Source of the DNA: Pseudomonadota bacterium
GTDB lineage: Bacteria; Bdellovibrionota; FAC87; UBA2466
Direction: 5' to 3'
DNA length: 33,537 nt
Assembly: GCA_043767805.1 (NCBI GenBank)
Contig: JAYUGC010000074.1
Location: forward strand, 1 to 33,537
This document shows positions 18,043 to 25,591 of the stretch, piece after piece (position 1 is the first letter of the stretch; the number at the start of each line of letters is the position of its first letter). The notes below the pieces were generated by a model. It was not told the DNA's origin and made no database searches. It saw only the letters and a program-made list of their open reading frames with translations. The position numbers were made by a program, and so were the translations under genes.

Positions 18043-18582
18043 ATGACTCGCTCAGTTTTCAGTGTCGCTCTTTTCACTCTTTTATCGGTTCCTTGCTTCG
18101 CCGGAGAAAGCAGCGGTGGATTACCCCAGGCCGTCATACCCGCGAATGTGTCCTACGCCTGCGCCGCTTTTCAGGTCGTCTACAACATTACGAATAAGAC
18201 GCCTCACTATGTGAAGTACAAGAGCCTGCCATTTTCCTTCGTAGCAAAGAGCGGCAGCCTCGTAGCGGGAATCGGGGCCAGTCTCTCCCACGCCTTTACT
18301 TAGCAGGAATGGGTGCGGGTCGAGGGCGAAGCGGCGGACGAAGCCGAAGCACAAGCTACCAAAGGCGGCTCCGTCCTCATCGAGTTCCGTCTTGTCGATT
18401 ACACGAAGAACGATGAAGTCGACCTTCGCCTGTGGCTCGACGTCCCCGCGCCTGGCGAAGTCTTCGTGAGCTGAACGCTTTCGCTCTCGGAAAAGAAGTT
18501 CGAAATATCGGTAGTGAGCAAGACCCGAACGGCCGATTACAAATCACGTTCTCTTCAGGTTCAGTGCAAAGCGGCTCCTTGA
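18043..18582 (+). pseudogene. Secreted protein with two in-frame premature stops
   Basis: GGAGG RBS and signal peptide. The same frame stays protein-like through TAG 18301-18303 and TGA 18472-18474 to ...LQVQCKAAP* at 18580-18582. Confidence 0.7.
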
Positions 18583-18795
18583 TCTTTCTATGGTGCCGGG
18601 GCCGGGAAAACCCGGCTCCGGACGATCCTTAGCCAGATAACGTCATAATGAGCGGCTCGCCCTCTCCTAGTCCGAGGCTAATGCTCAGATCTAGAACTCA
18701 TGCTAAATTTCGCGCCCCGTCGAAGCCCGGGAAGTAGAATGAGATTGAGCTCGAGAATGAGCATGACCGGAAAAATTCCGCTGGCGCGAAATGTT

Positions 18796-18812
18796 TGCCC
18801 CCAACCGGATTC
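18796..18812. repeat. 17-bp duplicate of the tRNA-Glu 3' region (att-like)
   Basis: TGCCCCCAACCGGATTC is identical to 18897-18913. Confidence 0.85.
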
Positions 18813-18815
18813 TGC

Positions 18816-18891
18816 CTTCGCTAAAGCTACGGCGCGACGAGCGTGCTATTTTGAGTGAGTGCTGGCTTGCCGAGACGGAGCCTTGGCGAAG
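18816..18891. repeat. Imperfect palindromic (REP-like) element downstream of the tRNA
   Basis: CTTCGCTAAAGCTACGGC (18816-18833) pairs with GACGGAGCCTTGGCGAAG (18874-18891). Confidence 0.6.
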
Positions 18892-18893
18892 TC

Positions 18894-18969
18894 TGGTGCC
18901 CCCAACCGGATTCGAACCGGTGTTTTAGCCGTGAGAGGGCCACGTCCTAGGCCTCTAGACGATGGGGGC
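18894..18969 (-). tRNA. tRNA-Glu (anticodon CTC)
   Basis: 76-nt cloverleaf GCCCCCATCGTCTAGAGGCCTAGGAC...; anticodon loop CTCTCAC, GGTTCGAATCC T-arm, encoded CCA. Confidence 0.97.
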
Positions 18970-19022
18970 TATGAGGCCACCGTTCATAACACACGAACCT
19001 CAAAAATCAATATAATCATCCC

Positions 19023-20858
19023 ATGGTAGCGTGGCTTGTCGTCCTTGTGGCGTGTGTCGGATCGGGGATTTCCGTCGTTCTGAAACTGGGCCTTTTTAAG
19101 GAAAAAGGACTAGTGGCCGGGGTGGGGGCATTACTCGGTCTGACGGTCTATACGACACTCGCCTACCTCTTCTCGATCCCCTTTGATTCGGCGAAAATCG
19201 GATGCGCTTTGGCGCTCATGGCCCCGCTCCTCGCCTTTCTTTGGGCGAGACACGATCGCAAGTTGAGCCAGGAGTGGAAGCAGCTCGGGCTCGACCGAGG
19301 AGGGGTATGGGTCTTCGGGGTGACCTTTCTCTTGTACCTTCCCATTTCCCTGAAGCTCTTTTTCGATCGGGAGGGGGCGTTTTGGACGGGCATCGTAAGC
19401 GCTTTGGGCGACGTCACTTGGCATGTGGCGACGACAACTTCCTTTGCCGAGGGACAGGCCTTTCCGCCGGACAATCCCATTTTTTCCGGCCATCCTCTGG
19501 TCTACCCGTTCCTTGTGAATTTCTTGAGTGGCGGCTCTCTGGCCTGGGGCGCGACTCTACCGACCGCGATGAACGTACCGGCCGTCATCCTCCTCCCGTT
19601 ACTCGCAACGCTCTATTACTTTCTCGTGCGCGAATATTCCGGGCGGCCGAAGGTCGCCGCTCTCTCGACGTTGTTTCTCTTGCTCGCCGGATCCGTAGTA
19701 GGTTGGTTTCGGATCGTTCAAGAGTTTCGGGTGAGCCCTGAGCCTTGGTATCTCGTTCCGTTTCATTTCCCCTATCAGGATTTTTCCGGCTCGGGAGCCA
19801 GCGCGGAGGGACTGCACTTCGTTAATCCCGTCGTCTCCTTGATTCTGCCTCAGCGTTCATTTCTGTTTGGTTTACCCATCGCCTTTTGCCTCTTGCTGCT
19901 ATGGGGAAAAGGAAAAGACAAGGCTAGCGCCCTCGTGGCCGGACTACTCGCCGGCATGTTGCCTCTGTTTCACGCCCATACTGCTTTGGCGCTCATCCCA
20001 AGCCTCATTCTCGTCACGCCGAAGCCGCGCTGGAAAATGGCGCCGTGGGCGCTCGGGGCGGCGGCACTCTTCGGAATTCCCGAGGGAATCTATTTCCTCG
20101 CGCTTGGGCCCATGAGCTCGCATTTTTCCGTCAAAGCGTTTTGGATGGCGGAGAAAACGAATGCCTTGCTCTTTTGGCTGCGAAACTGCGGCGTCGTCTT
20201 TTTAGTGTCCGCCCTCGCGCTGAAAGCGCCGGTTAAGAAAGAGCTCAAGCAACTCGCCCTCGCTGGTCTCGTGTTGTTCGTGCTTGGGAACTCGTTTCAA
20301 TTCGCGCGCTGGATCTGGGACAACTACAAGATCTTTTACTTCGCGTGGATTTTCGCCGTGCCGGCGGCGGTGGCGCTCGGCGTTCAGTGGCAGGAGGCGG
20401 GCGGGAAGGGTAGGGCTTGGGCCTTGGGCATTCTCATCGGGCTGCATCTGATATCTGGCGCGCTCGATACCTGGAAAGTGCTTCTTCCCACGTCGGCATC
20501 GTTTAGTGAGTTCGACGCGGGCGCCCGCGCCGTCGCCGAGCGGATTCGCGCGGCGACGCCGAAGGGCTCTCGCCTCGTTCAGGGAACGAGTTACAACACA
20601 CCCGCGGTGCTTACCGGCCGCCGCACTTACCTCGGTTATACGGCGCACGTATGGAGTCACGGCTGGGAGCCCGCTTCGCGGGAGACGGAATTAAAGCGCC
20701 TCTTTGCGGGCGAGATGGCGAGCCCCACCGATATGCGCGTGGATTACGCGCTCGTCGGGCCGCAAGAGCGCGTGCAATTTCCGCACATAAAACCGCACCC
20801 GGCTTGGCGCTTACTCTTTAGCCAAGACGGTTACGACGTGTATCGGTTGCCCGATTGA
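19023..20858 (+). CDS. Polytopic membrane protein, GT-C glycosyltransferase-like
   Basis: More than 12 hydrophobic segments; a loop with GDVTWH and FPPDNPIFSG..LVYPF; a soluble C-terminal domain with LTGRRTYLGY..HVWSHG. The function is inference. Confidence 0.6.
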   Translation: MVAWLVVLVACVGSGISVVLKLGLFKEKGLVAGVGALLGLTVYTTLAYLFSIPFDSAKIGCALALMAPLLAFLWARHDRKLSQEWKQLGLDRGGVWVFGVTFLLYLPISLKLFFDREGAFWTGIVSALGDVTWHVATTTSFAEGQAFPPDNPIFSGHPLVYPFLVNFLSGGSLAWGATLPTAMNVPAVILLPLLATLYYFLVREYSGRPKVAALSTLFLLLAGSVVGWFRIVQEFRVSPEPWYLVPFHFPYQDFSGSGASAEGLHFVNPVVSLILPQRSFLFGLPIAFCLLLLWGKGKDKASALVAGLLAGMLPLFHAHTALALIPSLILVTPKPRWKMAPWALGAAALFGIPEGIYFLALGPMSSHFSVKAFWMAEKTNALLFWLRNCGVVFLVSALALKAPVKKELKQLALAGLVLFVLGNSFQFARWIWDNYKIFYFAWIFAVPAAVALGVQWQEAGGKGRAWALGILIGLHLISGALDTWKVLLPTSASFSEFDAGARAVAERIRAATPKGSRLVQGTSYNTPAVLTGRRTYLGYTAHVWSHGWEPASRETELKRLFAGEMASPTDMRVDYALVGPQERVQFPHIKPHPAWRLLFSQDGYDVYRLPD

Positions 20859-21083
20859 TCAGGGGCGCTTTAGGACGAGGTCGTAATCGAGGCCGGTATT
20901 CCCGTTGGAAAAACCGTGAACGACTCCTTCGGCGGCGCCCGTGGATCCTTTTCGAAACGAAATAGTCCACTTGGTGGTGTCGTTACCCGAATGCGAGTAG
21001 AGCAGCAGCACCCCCTGATCCGGGATGAACTCGGAATCGGTGAAGTCGATGTTGGTGGGACCCAAGTCCCAGCTCGCCACCAC
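20859..21083 (-). CDS. Small hypothetical beta-rich protein or gene fragment
   Basis: 74-aa ORF filling the intergenic gap, with a purine-rich run before GTG and a stop abutting the neighbouring gene. Confidence 0.4.
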   Translation of the reverse strand: MVASWDLGPTNIDFTDSEFIPDQGVLLLYSHSGNDTTKWTISFRKGSTGAAEGVVHGFSNGNTGLDYDLVLKRP

Positions 21084-21172
21084 CGACGGCCCCCCTCTTA
21101 CCTGCGATCCAGGGCCTCGAGAGGAGCTTTGTCAAAAAAAACCGTGGGGAAACGCTAACGCAGCGTTCAGAT

Positions 21173-21856
21173 CTACTTGAACGCCAGCCGGTATTGATTC
21201 GGCGGACCGAAGGAGATCTCCACGTGAATGGGATTTAATTTCCGGCGCAGATTGAAGATATGCACGTCGAGCGTCTTCGATCCGACCTTCACGTTTCCCC
21301 ATACCTTTTGCACGATGTCATTGCGAGTTACGGTGTGCTGAGGCGCTTCCTGAAGCAGGCTTAGAATCTGGAACTCCTTCGCGGTCAAAAGCGCGGAGGT
21401 GGACTCGTCGTGGTGCACGCGCATGGTGCTGGGATCGATCCGCAGGCCCCGCGGTTTCGAATAGGGGCCGGTGGCTTGAGAAGAAGGACGGTTCAAGATG
21501 AACTCGGTCTTTACGAGCAGCTCGCCCTTACCGAAAGGCTTGGTGATGTAATCCAAAGCGCCTTTTGCGAAGCACTTTCTGAGCGCGTCGGTGTCATCGA
21601 GCGAGGAAACCACCAAGAACGGGATGCCATCGATGAGGCTCGCTTCCGGTGATTCCAGGAAAGAAAGAAACGATTCACCGGGAAGACGAAGATCGCACAA
21701 CATGAGGTCCGGCTTGCCGTGAGGCAGGGCGGCACGCATCTCTTCCACAGAAGAAAGCAGCTTCAGCGCGTATTGATCGCCGAAGACGTTCTCGTAAACG
21801 TAACGTGCGCCTTCTTCATCCTCGAGGACCCAGACATTTTTGCGAGTATTTAACAT
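21173..21856 (-). CDS. OmpR/PhoB-type DNA-binding response regulator
   Basis: VLEDE, LCDLRLPG (phospho-Asp), DYITKPF, LTAKEFQIL, TLDVHIFNLRRKL. Confidence 0.93.
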   Translation of the reverse strand: MLNTRKNVWVLEDEEGARYVYENVFGDQYALKLLSSVEEMRAALPHGKPDLMLCDLRLPGESFLSFLESPEASLIDGIPFLVVSSLDDTDALRKCFAKGALDYITKPFGKGELLVKTEFILNRPSSQATGPYSKPRGLRIDPSTMRVHHDESTSALLTAKEFQILSLLQEAPQHTVTRNDIVQKVWGNVKVGSKTLDVHIFNLRRKLNPIHVEISFGPPNQYRLAFK

Positions 21857-22669
21857 TTATGCTCGCGCCTCTCGCGTTAAGCGCAAAGCGTATCCGAAGG
21901 TACCGCGCTCAGGGAAAAATATGCATTTCAGGTCCCCGTTCCAATCCTCGATTAGATTACGGACTGATTGCGTTTCTAAATCCAAACTCTCGTCCTCGCA
22001 AGTTTCCCCTGCGATTGCGATACGCAGTTGTTCAGACCCTGGCTCGACCGAGACCGAGATGGTACCAGGAGCGCTGAGGCATCTGCCGAGCAAAACGGAC
22101 AAAGCGCGTACCAGCGCTCCCGATCCGATCTGCACCATTTCATCCGGAGCGGCCGCCGCGTTCAGCGAGCGAAGCGCCGGATGATCGGGGAAGCGGGCGC
22201 GTACCACGCGCAGGGCTTGTTCGTAAGCCAGGCGAAAGGACACGGGCCCTTCTTCGTCCCGTATCGCTCGCGTGAAGACCCGAAGGTGATCGAAAGTCTC
22301 GAGAGTGCGATCGGAGCTGCGAGTGAGTTGCTCCACGAACCGTGGGGTGCCCGCGACGGCGGGATTCTCGGTGAGTTGCTGAATGCAAAAGCGCATCACG
22401 TGCAAGGGAGTCCCAACGTCATGGATTGCTTCTCCCGCTGCTTTCCACAGCGGAGCTTCGGCGGTGGACCCAAACTTCGAAAATCTCCAAGACATGCGCC
22501 GCGAAAAATTGATCAGAGCGAAACCGGCGAAGGCTTGAAGCGCCGCGAAGGCCCCCCATTGCCAAGTTTGCCCGGAAAGGAGCAGAAAAGCACCTCCTAG
22601 CGATGTCACCATCCCTAGAATCCAAATTAACGGCCAGCCACTTCGGACCAACCGGCGCAGGCTTTTCAC
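21857..22669 (-). CDS. Membrane-anchored histidine-kinase-like protein with a degenerate ATP-binding domain
   Basis: Two TM segments and H-box AIHDVGTPL, but no N-box Asn and no DxGxG or GxGLG. AGGAG RBS precedes GTG. Confidence 0.7.
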   Translation of the reverse strand: MKSLRRLVRSGWPLIWILGMVTSLGGAFLLLSGQTWQWGAFAALQAFAGFALINFSRRMSWRFSKFGSTAEAPLWKAAGEAIHDVGTPLHVMRFCIQQLTENPAVAGTPRFVEQLTRSSDRTLETFDHLRVFTRAIRDEEGPVSFRLAYEQALRVVRARFPDHPALRSLNAAAAPDEMVQIGSGALVRALSVLLGRCLSAPGTISVSVEPGSEQLRIAIAGETCEDESLDLETQSVRNLIEDWNGDLKCIFFPERGTFGYALRLTREARA

Positions 22670-22765
22670 GGATCACTCCTCTGGTAACGTACAACGTGAT
22701 TCTTTGAAGTCATAAGGTTGCGCATAAATAGGCCATTTGTCCTTCTGAAAAGGAGTTAAATTTTC

Positions 22766-23329
22766 TTAATGATTTCTATGTAGGTACCAACTTAACGCGA
22801 CAAAGTCATAAAGCGCGTGGGCGAAAGCGGGCGCGAGCCATCCGCCGGAATGTACTTGCAGAGCTCCCAACGCGACTCCGATGATCGCCGTGCAGACCGC
22901 GTAACCTCTCGTAATTGAATGAGCCGCGCCGAAAACGATTCCTGCCAGCAAGCAGGATAGGGGAAGGCTTACGAAGTTTTCCAGCCAGCTCTGAAGCCAC
23001 CCTCGAAAGAGCGCTTCCTCTCCCAAACCGGCGAGGGCGGAAACCGTTAACAAACCCAGCGGTCCGAGGCCGAAAAACAACGGGCGCGCTCGCTCGTCGA
23101 GGAAAAATCGTATTTTTCGGAGGGGCGCGTAGGAAGATCGGTAGGTGAATTGGAAGGCGATAAAGCCCACTCCAGCGAGTCCTAACGCGACGGCCCACCC
23201 CGAAACGGTGGAGTGAAAACGGCTGAGTAGGGGAACGTTCGTCAGTTGCGCGAGGAGAGCCGCTACTAAGAAGAGAGAGCCTTCGAACGCGCCAATGAGA
23301 GCCAGGCGCCTGCCTGCTTCGCGCGTCAT
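22766..23329 (-). CDS. CPBP (CAAX/Abi) family intramembrane protease
   Basis: GEEALFRG, FGAAH, HALYD. ATG 23329 overlaps the upstream stop (ATGA). Confidence 0.9.
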   Translation of the reverse strand: MTREAGRRLALIGAFEGSLFLVAALLAQLTNVPLLSRFHSTVSGWAVALGLAGVGFIAFQFTYRSSYAPLRKIRFFLDERARPLFFGLGPLGLLTVSALAGLGEEALFRGWLQSWLENFVSLPLSCLLAGIVFGAAHSITRGYAVCTAIIGVALGALQVHSGGWLAPAFAHALYDFVALSWYLHRNH

Positions 23330-24054
23330 CGCTTCGCGCCGGCAGTGGGCGAGAACGCGCCCTTCACCTGAAACTCGCCCGGACGGGCGGCCAAAACGTC
23401 TTTTTGGGTGAGCAGGTTCTCGAAGCGCCACCGATCGCGCTCCGCTTCGTCCGCGAAGCCGATGGCGACCGTGAGGCCGGTCATCTTCTTGTCGCTCCAT
23501 TCGGTGAACTCACGCTGAGTGACGTTGAGAGTGAAACGCGTGGGCTTTCCGGGAACGACGGTGAAGACCTGAGACGTTTTCAAAACTTTTACGTTGAGCC
23601 CCAGCCGGCCGAAGATGACGCCATTGATCGCGAGCGTACGATTCATGGTGTCGAGGTTATAAGCTTCGAACGAAACCGAGCCGGGACCCGTCAGTTTTCC
23701 GTCGTAGTGAAGTGTGCCCGAACTTTGCGTCCGTGCGCTGGACACCGAGCCTGGGCGAGAAGGCGCCCGTCCGTCGTCGCTCTCGGCGCTAGTTTCCGCC
23801 GATTCCGCGGTCCCCCCCGCGCCTTTCGCGCAAGCCCCCGAGCGAGCGATACAGTGGACGGTTTCGCATTTAGCGAGGCAGCCGGGATCGGTATGATCTT
23901 TTTTCGTCGGGCATTGCTCGAAACAGTTCCAGTAAGCCGGGCGGCAGCAGAGCGCCATGCCGGAAGTGCCCGCGACTTCTTCGGCCGCGGGGCCTTCGGC
24001 GCGCGCGTCCAGAGCGAGGAGTAAAAGCAGGGAAACGACGTGAAACCGGCTCAT
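23326..24054 (-). CDS. Secreted protein with Cys-rich N-terminal domain, linker and beta-rich C-terminal domain
   Basis: Signal peptide MSRFHVVSLLLLLALDARA; 8 Cys within ~40 aa; coupled to the CPBP gene. Confidence 0.7.
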   Translation of the reverse strand: MSRFHVVSLLLLLALDARAEGPAAEEVAGTSGMALCCRPAYWNCFEQCPTKKDHTDPGCLAKCETVHCIARSGACAKGAGGTAESAETSAESDDGRAPSRPGSVSSARTQSSGTLHYDGKLTGPGSVSFEAYNLDTMNRTLAINGVIFGRLGLNVKVLKTSQVFTVVPGKPTRFTLNVTQREFTEWSDKKMTGLTVAIGFADEAERDRWRFENLLTQKDVLAARPGEFQVKGAFSPTAGAKR

Positions 24055-24075
24055 GAGTTGGGATATTATCCGGCC

Positions 24076-24336
24076 ATGGACAAAGAAGCCACCGCCAGAG
24101 AGCTCATCGGCTACCTGACCTCGCATCTGGTCGGTAAAGGAGCGGACCTCGACGGAAAGACGTCACTCTTCGAGGGACGGCTTCTCGATTCGATTCGTCT
24201 CATGGAGCTCATCGATCACGTCGAGAAATGCTACGACGTGTGGGTGGCCCCCATGGAGATCGTGCTGGAGAACTTCGATTCCGTGGACAGGATAATAGGC
24301 TTTTTGGAAAGAAAGCACGCGCCCCGCGACGCCTAG
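24076..24336 (+). CDS. Acyl/aminoacyl carrier protein (DltC-like)
   Basis: 86 aa; SLFEGRLLDSIRLMELI (phosphopantetheine Ser) and ENFDSV. Confidence 0.9.
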   Translation: MDKEATARELIGYLTSHLVGKGADLDGKTSLFEGRLLDSIRLMELIDHVEKCYDVWVAPMEIVLENFDSVDRIIGFLERKHAPRDA

Positions 24337-24467
24337 AACTCCATGTAGCGGAAAGGCGCGAGCTGGGTGAGCAAGGCGTAGCCTGCCAGGGCGCCCAAGA
24401 CCAGCAGGGCGGTCATAAGAATTTGCGCCGCGACTCCGAGAGAAAACCAGGGGCGCTGAGGCGTCAT
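24333..24467 (-). CDS. 44-aa single-TM DltX-like peptide with C-terminal FxYxxF motif (below the ORF-track cutoff)
   Basis: MTPQRPWFSLGVAAQILMTALLVLGALAGYALLTQLAPFRYMEF*; GGGGGA RBS; ATGA overlap with the SGNH gene stop. Confidence 0.8.
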   Translation of the reverse strand: MTPQRPWFSLGVAAQILMTALLVLGALAGYALLTQLAPFRYMEF

Positions 24468-25591
24468 GGATTCCCCCACTGAGTGAGAAGCGGCGTTGCC
24501 GACGGCCTCAGGCGCGCGATCGCGCTCGCCAAAGCGTAGTGATAGCGGAGCTTGCCGCCACTGGTGGGCTTTAGGTGCACGGAATCGACGAAATCCTCGG
24601 GAGTAAGCCCAAGGGTCCAGGCGAGATCCAGGTACTCGATGCCCTCGGTTTCGGCGAGCGCTCGCGTGAACGCGCTTATCACTTCCACTTTCGCGGGAAT
24701 CAAGCGGCGGAAATCGGGGTTCATCGGAGTTTCGAAAAGAGCGACTCGGTAGCCTTTGGCGCGCGCGATCTGAATGGCCTCGGCCAGAAGCTCGAAGGAC
24801 TCGAGATAGGCATTTTTTCTCTCAAAAAGATGATGGCGCAAGCTCTCCGGCTTGAGACGCGGGCTACTCTCGCGGGAAAACGCGAGAGAAGGCACGGGCG
24901 CGCCTTCGACGTAAGCGAGTTGTTTCGCTTCTTCCCGTTTCGGCCACACGCTCCACTCGGGGATCTTACCGGAGAGTAAGTGCTTTCGGTTCATGGGAAG
25001 GTAGAGGCGCAGGTAGTTCACGAAAGCTGGAAGCACGAAACGAAACCGCCAGCCACTCTCCCCGCGGCTCTCCGCGTAGCGCGCGACCGTTGGCGATGCG
25101 AGCATGAGGTGGCTGGTGCGCGCCGCTTTCGCGACATCGGCGGAACGCTCGCGAAAGCGCATGGCGGTGGTCGCAATCAGCACGAGTCCCCGTCCCGGGG
25201 GCAAGTTCTCGATGATTTGCACGGTCTCCGCCATGGCTTGTGTCGGCGTGTGCAAAGTTATGACTTCGGGCGGCTCCTTTTTGCCTAAGCGCTCGATGGA
25301 ACGAGTCAGCGCGGACTCCCCGAAATAGGCGTGGTAGAGCGCTGACGAGCCTAATAAGATCACGCGTTCCCGTCCGGGGTGAGCGCGCATTTTGCCGAGG
25401 CGGTACGGGATGTAACTCCACAGATCGTGCGTCCAGATGAGAAAACGCCCGGCGGGAGCGCGAGAGAAAACGAACGAGCGCAACGAAAGTTCCATCCCTC
25501 CCAGAACGAGCCCCGCGACCAGGACGCCCGCCAAAAGGTACCTCGGCCTCGTGTGGCGAAAGCCCGCGAGGAAACTTTGCCGGCGGTTCAT
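24464..25591 (-). CDS. Membrane-anchored SGNH-like acyltransferase (DltD/AlgJ-like)
   Basis: N-terminal TM, VILLGSS and DFVDSVHL (DxxH). ATG 25591 overlaps the MBOAT stop. Confidence 0.8.
   Translation of the reverse strand: MNRRQSFLAGFRHTRPRYLLAGVLVAGLVLGGMELSLRSFVFSRAPAGRFLIWTHDLWSYIPYRLGKMRAHPGRERVILLGSSALYHAYFGESALTRSIERLGKKEPPEVITLHTPTQAMAETVQIIENLPPGRGLVLIATTAMRFRERSADVAKAARTSHLMLASPTVARYAESRGESGWRFRFVLPAFVNYLRLYLPMNRKHLLSGKIPEWSVWPKREEAKQLAYVEGAPVPSLAFSRESSPRLKPESLRHHLFERKNAYLESFELLAEAIQIARAKGYRVALFETPMNPDFRRLIPAKVEVISAFTRALAETEGIEYLDLAWTLGLTPEDFVDSVHLKPTSGGKLRYHYALASAIARLRPSATPLLTQWGNP

Noticed and set aside
18301..18474. Stop-codon reassignment, Sec or Pyl
   Set aside because: TAG and TGA terminate many genes in this window, and the neighbouring gene is also decayed.
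17536..18893. Intact prophage or genomic island at tRNA-Glu
   Set aside because: No integrase or phage genes; the att-like copy is only 101 bp away.
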